From Raillietiella orientalis (taxonomy: Eukaryota), in contig JAYWIR010000004.1 in NCBI GenBank assembly GCA_036172245.1, positions 6,262,001 to 6,326,000 of the forward strand: a stretch of 64,000 nucleotides of DNA, written 5' to 3'. Below, piece by piece: positions 24,690 through 36,400 of the stretch (position 1 is the stretch's first letter; every line of letters starts with the position of its first letter). Under the pieces are notes generated by a model that did no database searches, was not told where the DNA came from, and worked only from the letters and a program-made list of their open reading frames with translations. The translations under genes and the position numbers were made by a program.

Positions 24690-26419
24690 GTAAGAATACG
24701 CATTGCTAAGCTTTCGCTCCCATTCCAATTCATAAATTTCAAATACTGTATTCAAAAAGTGTTTTATAATAATTTTGCTGCATTTGTGAATAGTGCACGC
24801 AGTGTCGCCCTAGCAGAGCACTATTTCGAGAGGAGAGGAAATGAGAATTGCAGTGTCATCTACAGCAAATGATGTATGCTCCAGTCTTATGGATTGCTTT
24901 TAAGTGCGGGAAAGTGCCTTCTTCACGCATACTTCTATAAAGCCCAAGACATGACTTGAATTTTGCGGATCCATAGAATGCAGCTACTTTCAGTGCAGAG
25001 GTGGTTTACCACAAAGAACCATCAGAGTATTGAGAATTCCATAGGTGGGGTTTAATTACTCGCTTCGTTTAGCCGTTCGAGCGAGTCATTGAAACATAGA
25101 CAGCTGAAGATTCAGAAAATCTCTAGTGTTACTAGTCCGAAGGCAGAATCAGTCTTTTGGTTGCTAGCATTAACCGCTTTACGTCTCTGATCGTTGTACT
25201 TTGCCTCAACGATAGTTACAGTGCATGCTGCGAGCTCTTCAAATTTGTTGCGACATGGAATGATATATACGCACATGGGGATCTCAAAACCTGTTTGTCT
25301 TTAGGATTAGGTCTTGAAGATATGCATAAGAGAAAACTTTATCGAAAGAATGAAGGATGTCGAGAGAAGTGGCAAACTCTTGTCCTTTCGCATGGGATTG
25401 GTGGCTGGCCACGGCCCTGAGCTCACGAACCAAAGTTAAAGTCTGCGTCATTCATCACCTCATTTGCTGCTTTGGAGGCGACACTAAATCAGTTCTTCAC
25501 TATATATGCCTTCATGGGGTGACAACGCAAAATTCGCATACATCAAAGTGATTCTGCACGTGGAAGGGCAATTATGAACGTTTTCAGCAGCGTGGGCACG
25601 CTTAAATCCTCAAGGCAAAAGAGCACAGTTGGAATCTCCCATTTAACACAGAAAGAAAAGGAATCATTTCGGTGGAACTCTGCAAGTGTGATCCCAAGAT
25701 TCTAGTCTGAGAAGCAGTCATCTCTGAGCAAGGATGTTGTGAACTTACCTTCATATTTTTGTGGTGCCTGGTTCTGTTCGGTGCGTTCTTCCTCATTGCC
25801 TGTGTTGAGTAGGCAGCAGCTATCTGTTTGCGGTTCGCTTTTGGTACTAACCCATACCGTATATCCAGGAATCCGTTCCTGATCTACCAAGATTCTCATT
25901 CTGCCCGTTCAAAGACATCGGCCTGCATTGACCTTCAAAGGATCCCCGCATCATTGTTCTTATCTTCTTGCCGAGCAGCTTGAAGCATTGCCAATCAACA
26001 TGGATCCTTAACTACTGCTTTGAAACATTGCTTTGTTCGTCTGCACTTTTTCTACAGTCGAAAAGCTGGAGCTTCTCATACAGTGCTCTGCTTGGTTCGG
26101 ATGTGGTGCGCAAGTCGCTGCCGCTCTTCGAAGCCTCGTCTTTTTCCATCTTCTAGATGGCTTCAGTGTCTTCACGTTTCTCGCAATCTGCCTCGAGTTC
26201 CTCAGATTTCGGAAGATGCTTCCGTCAAACGTCTTACGGAAGCAGCCACTCGTCCGTGCATCGGAACGAATCAGTCTCTATAATTCCTGGATTCCAATGC
26301 TTTGTCCTGGTGCTAATCAAAAAACACCGTTCTTGCTACTTGATTTCACCTCTCGCGATCTCGTCGCTTTGCCATCGCATCTGCTGTCCGCCTTTATAAG
26401 GAAAATGCCCTTCCCGGAC

Positions 26420-26650
26420 GAAAAAATAACTCACATGAGCAGACTATGGCTTATCAGATCGAGGCTGCGAGCATCTTTAGCTTGACGACTGCTTTGATTA
26501 GCTCCAGTGGTAGGTGATTAAGGTCAAGGCTAATGAGCTCAATCATGGAGGCTTGCATACAGTGGGATTCCAGAGTAGAGTGATGGCTCTCTTGAGCTCC
26601 CTGGTTCCTAATCATCATCCTGCTTCCTGTTGCCCACTCATCAAGCATAG
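26420..26650 (-). mobile_element. Non-LTR (CR1/L2-like) RT C-terminal relic
   Basis: LDEWATGSRMMI (L-W-M-IN), then VVKLKMLAASI and, after a frameshift, SDKP*SAHV (KLLGV-ISD-L-WSAHV). Confidence 0.5.
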
Positions 26651-26909
26651 GAGCATCTTCCTTCTTTCGGGTGAGCGTTCACTGTATCAAGACTGTGCAG
26701 GAAGAATAAGGATTTCTGATAACCGTCAACAGCGGAGTGCTGTTTAACACTTTTTCTACAGTCAGCGATGCTTCCCGTCTAGTCTTCATGACAAGGCGGT
26801 TCGTGACCAGCGTTTTCTTCCTCCGGGAGGGGAAAATTTCGGCTGCGCGAGACGTTGGAAAGCCTCATTGACAGAAGTCGATTCGAGACGTCACTTTCGC
26901 GCGGGTGGG

Positions 26910-27700
26910 CATGAATTGGAGATAAGGAAAAGATTATGCCTGTTGTTCTGGTCCCACATTACCCTGGTGGTGCCCAAAGAGATTTGACTACCTCACACAA
27001 GGCTACTGAAGTCCTGCTAGGGAAGACCGGCTTTGGTTCCCTCCATTAGAAGATTTTGAAATAAAGAGTGAAAGTCACCACCTGCGTCGCCACAGTGCCC
27101 GCAAACAAAGATCAGTAGGTCTGTTCTTTAAATTCGACGCATTTTTCGGAACATGGAGAAGTCAGAAATCGGCAAATGCTTGTCGAAGAAACGCCCTCGA
27201 GGTATTTCGATCAGAAGGGCAGGACTGACCGCTCACACGTGCCCGACCAAGTGTTGACTCTTCCGAGGTAACACCTCTCATCAAAGAAGGAAGCAAGGAT
27301 GCATTCATTTAATCTCAGGCAAGAGCTTGAAATTTTATCTTACCTGACCAGCCAACAAATTTTTCAGAGATCTGTCGCTCTTAGAGACTCGCTTTGCCGG
27401 ACTTCCACCGTTCATTTGGTGGGGGTGAGTTTCTTCTTTGAGTGTGGATCGATAAACCACATTATATGAATGGTGTTCTCGTTGAGGCGTCTGATTCTCA
27501 ATCGTTGCCATCAGCAAAGCTGATGCTGTAAAGAATGGAAGATTTCTAGAGCAAGGTGAAGCTAACAGGGCGTTCACGGCTTCCGTCTGAATGAAATCAA
27601 ATTTTGGTTTCGGGCATTTTAAAGCTGCGAGCTGATCTGCAACGGAGTGGAAAAGCTCAGATGTAAGGAACTCAGAGGCAAGAGGGCTCGAGGCTGCTGA
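26910..27700 (+). mobile_element. DIRS1-like RT relic
   Basis: KRLCLLFWSHIT (GRL-F-W-IT), YLTQGY (I-GY), SKDAF (LKDAY), HYMNGVLVEAS (YLDD-LV-A-S), HGFRLNEIK (LGF-LN-EK). Confidence 0.5.
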
Positions 27701-28948
27701 TGATGCAGAAAGCAAGGAACGGTCTTTCATGAAGGACCGACTGCACGGCTTCCAAAAGTCACTGTGATAGGATGAACGAGGAGAGCACCTTGCTGATGGA
27801 ACAAAGAACAGTTTTACCGATCGAAGGCTTTTTCTTATCAGGCACCCCACGCCTTCATCAATCGAAAGCACAGTGAGAGATGGTGCTAAGAGGCTCTTAT
27901 GCATTTCAAAAGTGAGTCGCTTGCAAAAAAGTGAGAAACATGCAATTCGCATCCGACAAAGGAAAGTCTCTTTGCCATCCCATGGCCCACAGACTAATGC
28001 AATTTATTACCATGATTTTCACTCCCCCGTTAATGAGCTCTCATCAGTCCTACTTGCCTGTGGGAAGTAGGACATTTAAGACAGGGAGAACTGATTCCAA
28101 TCCAAGATAAAAAAAAAAAAAAGTCCTGCCCCTAAGACTAGTCAATGTCGACCTCCTCGGGTTACTGCCTTGATTTTTCATGGAGAAACATCGTTCTACT
28201 ACGATCTAAAAGGCGCTAGCGCTGGCACTTGTTCACGGAGGCCGCTGAGGTTTCCGGGAGCGGACGCTTCACGACCCTGGAAAACCGAGTAATCACGGAA
28301 GGATTATAGACGATGCTTCATCAGCAGTTGTCTTCAACGGCTGCTTTTTAGGAAGTCATCAAAAAAAGAGAATCTTTGCTGCTTTGCAGGAAAGTTGTTC
28401 ACTCGTGCTTTTGCCAAAGATTACAGCTCTTTAGACAGAAAGATCTTTGATTTGCTCGTGCTCGTTGCTGTAGGCAACAAGTGGCATGCCAATGTTCATA
28501 CCATTCCAACTTGTCTCTCTTCGGCTCGCTTCCTATGGTTCACCACTGCTAAACTTCCGAAGATCTCGGATCCCAGCTGCGGATGCCATTCTCCGAAAAA
28601 TTTCCGATTTCGAACACACCATTTTGAACACCTACGATTTTTCTCCTACTCCGAAGTCCCTCGTTAGCGAACTTCGGCTTGCATGCATAACTCTTTACTT
28701 GAATATTTCTTGCAGACTCCGATCTTCACACGGTAGCAGGCCTTTTGCTCACCGTTGTCTTTGCCCTGAGGGGGTTCGAGAGTGGAAAAGTCAAGGCTAT
28801 CCGTTCCGCCATCCAAGCAACCAATTGTTTAATTTTCTAAGTGAATGCTTAATGTCTATTCGGTCGGTTATTTTGAATTGTGCAATCACTGTGCTGCAAT
28901 CACAATGTTTTCCCATTTGGTGCAACCCCAACAATTTGTTAGTTGCAG

Positions 28949-29123
28949 GAGATTTCAAAAGGCTCCATAAGAAATGGTAAAGGAGGAATAAGTATAATCT
29001 TTGAAAAAAGTGACTCAGTGATTTCCCAGCTGCTAATCCATAAGGCTGTTTTGTCTGATTCTGGAAAATATGCTTGTAGATACAATGAAGATCAAGCGGT
29101 TGCTTTGGTTCACGTGCTTCAGG
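28949..29123 (+). CDS. dpr: dpr-family IgSF protein, exon encoding the second half of Ig2
   Basis: Acceptor ttgttagttgcag|GAG and donor CAGG|gtaatt. Translates EISKGSIRNGKGGISIIFEKSDSVISQLLIHKAVLSDSGKYACRYNEDQAVALVHVLQ(G), matching the Dpr motif GG-S-EK-S-LLI-A-DSG-Y-C-VHVL-G. 175 nt, phase 1 out. Confidence 0.93.
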
Positions 29124-30783
29124 GTAATTTTGAAATTTTACAAATTCTGTTTGAATTTTGCACAATGGAAAATTTGCTGATTTCACTGTTACTGCAAAAC
29201 TTTCAATGTTAGAAGACAGTGTCTGATGCCAAGTTTTTGAACACATTTCTTTCTCTCTCTTTCTTCCCACTGATGTTCACAACGGCTTTTTTTCACATGT
29301 CATATCTCTTCATGGATGGCACAATCAGCTCACACTAAATCACTTAAATTCGCTATTTGCGTCATCGCTTCCTCAAGAATATCCACTTTTTTTCGCTTCA
29401 GCTCAGTTCGGACTCTGTCGCTTTTTTTTTCCCCACGCCCTTTGGTTTCAGCTTGTGCTCTCTGCCAGCTTTTTGTGTCCGACGTGATCATGCTTCACCG
29501 AACTTTAAATGAGATAATCGTTATTAATTAATTTATTTTTAAAATAGCATTTCAAAGATCTCGGGCATCAGGTACGAACGTGTACCTCATACTTTGTCAT
29601 TTAGAAACGACGGAATTAATTAGAAAGCACTGATGTTTCAATGTTCAGATCTGTCGTCCGAAAACGCATCCACCTTGCCAGAGAAACAGCGGTTATGAAA
29701 TCTCGAATCCTCCATTTTTCAGTTCTTGTGGACGCAGACCGAAAACAACGAAAAATCACTCACTGTTATTAAATTGAGGTCTGTCGAGATCTTAGAAGAA
29801 AGGCAAGAGCAAATGTCGGGGAGTACACACTAATTTATGAGCAGCGACCACCATGGTACCACGGAGCCTGTGAGCGAGATGTGTGCTCCTTTCTGGCAAA
29901 CATGAACGAGATTTCAAATTCTCATTAATAGACACTATTCCCCCCTCCCTTGTTCACCAATTTCTAAATCAGATTGTAAAGCAATTTTCCATTGTATCTG
30001 ATACTGTATTTTCTAAGTGGCTTCGTCCACAATAAATTATTCATCGGAAATCACTGTGTGAGGTTACGAATGATTTTTGCATGATAACTTAATACGTGTC
30101 CGATGATGCTCAGATTCCTGAGAAATTGTTTGTCTGCTTGCCTTGGTTTAAAGCGTTTAATCTCCGTTTCTTTCTTACTCTTTCTACCAAAATAGAGTAC
30201 AATGAGACGGTCTTTTTAATTGAAGTTTTATTCAGCGCGTTGATTGTGTTAAAGAAAACGTTCCGTTGAGGAACTCTATTCTAAATTCTAAACGAAATGC
30301 ATCGTGAGTTGTCGATTCATTGTGCGTCTAAACTGAAAGCATGAGGAATTAGCTCACTCTTAAACGAATGCCACAATGCTGGTCTCAAAAAAAAAAAAAA
30401 AAAATAGAAAGAGAGAAAAAGAAAGAAAAAATTCTCAGGTAAAGTAAATAAGTTCCTTAGTTCAAAAATGATCATTCAAAATGACTTCAGCATGACTTTT
30501 CTTGGTCCTTGCATGCACTGGATAAAATTGCTTCATTAATGCCGCATGTAACGATGTACATCTCTCAGCGTAACGGTTATCTTGATTTCCAAGAGTACAG
30601 TATCATGAATACGGGCTATCCATAGTTTTCATCATTTTCGTTTCATTCAAGAGAGCATTCTTGAAGCAATGAAATGCAGTGCAGTGAAAGTGCGCATTAG
30701 TTGCAAGTGCAAGTGACTGTTTGTAATGATCACATATTAGTCACCTAGATGTATTTTGTTTCCTGTGTAATTTTTATTCGTAG

Positions 30784-30899
30784 GAGATGTGTTTGCGGCC
30801 TTACACAGCCGCAATAGTTCACCGGAGAACCTCATCATTTTCTTCATACAGAGGACATCCATAATGTGTTCCATGCTGATAATCTTCAGCGCCAGCTGA
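30784..30899 (+). CDS. dpr: dpr-family IgSF protein, last coding exon (short linker plus hydrophobic tail, stop TGA)
   Basis: Acceptor tttttattcgtag|GA is phase-compatible with the previous exon. Reads (G)DVFAALHSRNSSPENLIIFFIQRTSIMCSMLIIFSAS*. GDVFAALH resembles the GE-PAAMQ motif that follows Ig2 in Dprs. Confidence 0.8.
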
Positions 30900-31549
30900 C
30901 AGTGCTTTCGTCTCAAGCCAAGCTTTTTTCAAGGGATAGATTCTTTGTGCAACTGGAAGCAGCACTCACCACAGAGTATTATATTTTTGTAAGCAACGTG
31001 AAGTTTCCTGTGAACCATCATCTACGAACATCCTGCGTAGCAATCGAAATGAGTGTCGAATTTATAAGGACGTTGTTTTGGAGGAGGCTATTGAAAGCAC
31101 ATCTCGAGTACACTTCGATTTTGACAAATAGATTATTTTTGATTAATGATTCCTATTTACATTAAAAAAAAAAAGACATTTGTATACATCCAAAATGAAA
31201 TTTTCTTAGAACCAAAATCACTGAAATGTCATTTTTACTCGATGGCTATTTTTAGAGGTTCCTCTTGTCAACTTTCGTTGGAATAGGTGGCCAACCAATA
31301 CGCGAAAAACCTCTGCAATCCAAATGTACCAAGCAATGCGGCTATTGAACAAAGACTAGCCAGACTCTTGGATGCTAGGCGAGAGCATGAGCAGCCATAA
31401 ATCAAGACTGGTAAACCATTAGGAATTTCCCATGCTGCTTATTTATGGATGGACACAAATCTGAGAATTCTAAAAAACCGAAAGTTGTTTCTCAGGGTTT
31501 TTATTTTATTTTTTTCTTTTGAAAAGTTTTTACAGCCCGACAGAGTGCT

Positions 31550-33500
31550 TGTTTCAAATTGAGGCGTTCTCGTTCAGAAGGAAGAGCAGCCCTGGCTGGA
31601 AAAAAGAGGTTTTCAGAAGGATGCAGAAATGCATGACTGCGTTTTCCTTGATTTCAGCTGAAGGTTTGGCATTTCGCATTTCAGAAGAGCTTGAGGCCAT
31701 GCTGCTGTCCTCTGCGGCTACTCGCGCGCATCGCATTTGAAACTCACAACCACTTTGCTTGCAGTGGCCTTTTGCATCAAGCAGGCTTGTCTCTGAGAGA
31801 GTGTTGCACGACAGAGAGCATCGGTGGTCTCATCTCATTGGTGGGAAGCACTTCAAGGTGTCTGAGAATTAATCCGAGTGAGAAAAGCATGTCTGATGCT
31901 TGTAGTAGGCTACCTAGAAGGCTCTGCTCTTACAAATGGGTCGAGACTTGGAAATCCAAAGATCTTTCTAATTCTTTGGATTTCAAGCATCCCGGATGGT
32001 TGTCTTTTCAATTTTTTACTTGGCTGCATCTTGTAGTAGAGAAGTCAAGACTTGTTCTCTCTCTTCCTTCATCATGCATTGTGCTGAATCCAAAGGGAAA
32101 CGATTCAATCTGCTGAATCTTTTATCATGTTTGGAAGCTCAAAGACTGAAGGCAAGGAATCTTGAACATTCTTGTTTCTGAAACAAGAGAATTTTTGATA
32201 AAACACGGCAAATGCATTGGAGGATATGAGCATTCCAGACTCGCTAGGCGCTGATTTTTCCATACCCTCATGATATTCCGAAGACATTAGGGAAGAGTGG
32301 CTCCTCTTTCCTGAATTGGTTTGTGAAGATTGGGGTCATCTTTTTTCCCAGAAACATACTGCTATGGTGCTAATCTCTATCGGAAGCTTTTCTCACCAGA
32401 GAATCTTCGTATGAAGTTCCTTATTTCCATAACGAAGGGACAAGGCGTTCCTCTCCGCCCATGTGCAAAAGGCACGAATGTTCATTAGGGTGAAATACCA
32501 ACAGCGTGTTCCGATCCCGTCGGACGCTGCTCCATTTGAGAAGAGATGCGTCATCAGAAAGATGCATTTGACAATGATGAAATTTTGGACACTTGGGATG
32601 ACAAGGCAACAGATTCAGATTTATGTCAGTTCCAGGTGTTCTTCCAGAGAGAAGCTCGGAGAGAGCGCTCCTTGATGGCTTTGGATAAAACAGTAATGTG
32701 GAGGATCCATGAGGCTTGACACGAATCTTAATAAGTTCAGCTTGTCCAGTACTATAACCTCTCGGAATCATCAACTTCAGACTTCTATGAACTTCGATCT
32801 ACCGGATGCACTCTTCACCGACCGTCCAGCTTTTCTGAACGTTCCCGGATCACACCCCGAGTTCCTGAATCGCTATGAGAACACTGGATCGCGATGTTTC
32901 GTGCCTCAGTCCAAAGAGAGCTTGCTTAAGGTTTCATTTCTCGCAGCCTTCGGAGGAACACGAGAGCCTTTACAGCCAGAAAACCTTCCATGGTTTTGAT
33001 CCATAGCAAAAAGTGCTTTTCATTCCGTACTCTTGTCTGGAAACACTGCTCAACGGAGACGCGTAAGAACGAGAGAAATTCCTGCAAGAGTTTTCGATTG
33101 GGTGAACACTCAATCATGCTGAATCAGACTAGGGATATCGGACTTATCTATGAGAACAATAGAAGGATCGCAGAATCTATTCGGTGAAGATCGGAAAAGC
33201 ATCAGATGGATGAAATCTCCGAGCAGAATGCGATGACATGATGAGATGAACGGCAGACACTGGATGCTCCTGGGATCCTCGTCAGCATGTTCCCATTAAG
33301 CTTTCTCGGAACTCAGTAGCAAAATTAGTTTTCGGAATTGAAAATAAAACCGGATGGTGGTTCCAGAGATCTCGGCGAACTTTTATCTTGGATCCTCCTG
33401 CGGGAATTTCACCAGCAGTTCCCACTGAAAGTGAAGTCGGATATTCCGGCAATTTGAGCCATGAGCCATTCAATCTGAGGAGGATATTGAGCAATCCAAC
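31550..33500 (-). mobile_element. DIRS1-like relic with colinear RT end, RNase H, methyltransferase-like domain and YR start
   Basis: WIKTMEGFLAVKAL (HIN-LELLAV-AL), NIAIQCSHSDSGTRG (N-AV-YIN-GGTRS), IPRGYSTGQAELI (IPG-N-AD-LS), TPGTDINL...PKCPKF...DDASLLKWS...LVFHP (P-IDLFA-KCP-F-DA-W-YAFPP), YQKFSCF...DSLPSV (W-F-DP-V). Confidence 0.65.
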
Positions 33501-33949
33501 TGGATTCCTAATAGAATGCGGTGTCTTCCCGCAATTACTTTGTCCTGCTGAATCTCATCTTGGAAATAGTTCAAGCCCATGTTTTTTGCCTCCTTCCTCC
33601 TCTAAAGAGGGCAGTAGCGTCTCAGTCTGATCGTTCCCAATGCTTCTTCAAGGATGTTTGTTTCCCTCTTTGCTTTTCTGTTGCCCAATAGGAAAAAAAA
33701 ACCAACCGCCCACTTTTGTTTCTTCCTTATTGAAGAGGAACAGAAGTTGAGAAAGCCTCTCGCTTCTTGCAGCTCTTGAATCAGAAAAGCATTTCCATCG
33801 CATCCAAAGTGACACCGGAGCAGACATTCAAAGCAGACAACCGAAGTTGGAGCCCTCTGTTGTACGCGTCGATTTTAAATGTCTAACTGGCTGCTGACAA
33901 CTGGAAAAAGAGGGATGGACCCATCAAAGGGATATTTACTCATGAGAGC

Positions 33950-35250
33950 TGGATAAGGAAGAAATCCGCCGGAATTCTGTATCCAGAAAAATCTCTTGTC
34001 CCACCTTAAATGGAGCTCAACAGTGACACCGTCCTCTCTGATATTCATCAGTCTTCACAGGAAGCGTCCTTTTTATGGGTGATTTCAAGCAGTGCTTGCA
34101 GCATTTGGAGTGTGCTCCCATACACTAACAGTCTATCTACTCCCCTCCTGTCCCTTGCGGTCTCTTGAATTCTGTGATCTCGTCAGCAGGGTTGAGGTTT
34201 CTCACTGGAAGAGGCTGGCAAAACACAGTGCTTCCACCGAAGACTTTTCACAAGCATCGAAAACGAAGTCATTCCTGCAGCCGCTCGGTGCAGCAGCAAC
34301 TTTTTTCTTGGACTGGTTTCCTAGCAACATGCTTGCCTTTCTGATGCAGCCTCATCTCGTTGCCACAAGCTGCCCACTACTTGTATCTCAATATAGGCCC
34401 CAGGATCTGAAATCGAGCAACACTTGGTCTGGTGTGCCACAGCTCGGTTTCTCTTTCTGTACTGACAAAGGTCGTATTGGCGACTTCCGTTTTTATCGAT
34501 AAGCGTCTCTCGTTTAGCTGTGACCAGTAAGGTATCGACCACATCCAGAAGGCGACGCGAGGACGACCCGCGTTCTTGGCTAGCAGCCAGGAGACTTCCG
34601 ACGCGAAGTCCTTGCTTCGACCTGACCTTTCTGTGAGAAAAGGGGATTGATTGTAATAGGAAACGCGTGCAACCAATTCCCAATGCACGCAGATGGAGTT
34701 TCAGAAGGTTCGCGAAGAGAAACAAGAAAGATACGGAAATTACGCATTCTCTCCCTCTCGTTTTCGGGAAGCCAAACCTCAGTTCACTCAAGCACCAGAG
34801 ATTCGTTCGAATCCTTGGATTCCAAGAACGCGTTTAAAGCAGCCCCGTGTGCAGAGTGGACGGAGGGATTATAAAGAACAAAGGGTCCGGGATCTTTACT
34901 GAGTCTTCATCATTTTCCTGTTCTTTCGTTTCCTGTCCTTATCCTCATCCTGTCCGCATGAAAGTTATGGTATCGTTTCAGAAATCCGTTTTCAAGAATC
35001 GCGTGAGCGCATCGGGTGTCAGTTGCAGCAATCTTATCGTGGTCGCAGCGGTTGGCAACAGTTCTTTGGCGTCGAAGCTCTGTCCGGTTTCTTCACCGAA
35101 GGGCCGAGTATATCTCGCGGCCATATTATCGACTGTCCTGCGGTTATCTCACAAGTCGCCACCACTTTGTCGAGACCAACTATCTGATTCGTTCGCTGGT
35201 TCCAATATCATCCTTGTCTGATAAACTTTCTGTTGTCGTTACCTCTTGCA
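33950..35250 (+). mobile_element. DIRS1-like relic, methyltransferase-like domain plus YR
   Basis: DWFPSNMLAFLMQP...LLVSQYRPQDLKSSNTWSG (WFP-LL-P-LL-Q-P-L-AW-G), LGFS, SVFKNR (FL-KN), KLCPV...VYLAA (LCPV-L-YL). Confidence 0.55.
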
Positions 35251-35899
35251 AGCTTTGGACAGATTCCTCAGCAATTTAGGTTTATTTACAGCAGAAATCT
35301 GCACAGCAATCTTTTTTTCGTTTTCCCATTTAAGGGATTAAGAAAAATAGGTAGTTAAGCCGAGAAAGGGTTTCAAATTAATTTTCTCTCTCAGTCGGTG
35401 CCGTGCATTAAGGAAGGCTTTCTAAGAGAGACATCATGCAATCTTGTGATCAGTCATGCTTGCAAGATGTTTAGGAACGGGTAAATGGAATTCTTCTCTA
35501 TCCATGGGAAAGGGGTGATACAGCAAAGGGGAAATCCAAACTTGGAGCACATCCCTTTCAACAAAATTGAACAATGCAAGAGTGTTCCAAGCACTGCCAT
35601 CCACTCGCAAGGCTCGGATTTCACATCAGATCTACTATTCGGTGGCAAACGAAAAATTCATGGAGCGAACTTCCAAAACGCACAGAACAGGGAGTTTCCC
35701 CATGTGTCCATGGTCACACCTACTTTTCTTGATGAGTGCTTGACTGGAGACTAACGAGCTCTTGGATTCATTACTTTCTCTTAGTCAGTTCATCGCTCTG
35801 GCAGTACCTCCTTTTGTACATTTTCGTACGTTTTTCTAATGAAATTCGTCTCTCGGATAGAGAAGTCTCCTTCACATGGGTTTAAAGTCTGACTACACT

Positions 35900-36400
35900 G
35901 GTTCAGAAACCCATTGAAGTTGAACTGAGCTATCTGCTGACCAAATGCTACGTCACGGAACGTGTTTCTTGGGCAAGTGATTACTGTATGCTACAAGACC
36001 GGATCAACCACAAGGAGGAGCACTTGCCCGGTAACTGTTTTGGATGGTATTTTTAAGAAAAACGGCATGTTGGTAACTGCCTCAAATGTAACGGCCATGT
36101 GCGGAGAATTTTCAGTGACAGCGATTCGGGGCGGCCTCCCTGATGGCGCATTCCGTTTCTCATGCCGAAGACAGCGATGAGTCGATTTTGAAAATACAAA
36201 GTGTTCGCAGCTGTTCGGACCAGATAGATGGGGATGAGCAAGAGATGTTGCCAGAAGGAAGCTTCGGCGTGTTTGTGGGTGTGAAAAAGTGTTTTCCTTT
36301 CGAAACAAGCAACAGGACTCAGCACAATGTATTTGGATGCATCGCAAACGGATGTTAGGAGCACAGAGTGGCTTCTTAGATGTGTACATCATATGGGATT
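35900..36400 (+). mobile_element. hAT-superfamily transposase relic
   Basis: VTER/VFLG across a frameshift (ERFLG), VLDGIFKKNG, AMCGEFSVTAIRGGLPDGAFRFSCRRQR (cf. MSG-F-GV-A-I-P-A-FVHC-HRL), and later STEWLLR (TRW-R). Confidence 0.45.

Noticed and set aside
27335..27952. 205-aa minus-strand ORF as a gene
   Set aside because: No recognisable domain. It overlaps a plus-strand DIRS RT-like relic and is probably a shadow frame.
30380..30430. gtctc plus poly-A resembling an Alu 3' end
   Set aside because: There is no Alu body upstream. It is a simple A-rich tract like others in the window.
31161..31174. attaaa as the dpr polyadenylation signal
   Set aside because: It is plausible by position but is simply the start of a genomic A-run, so it cannot be supported without transcript data.
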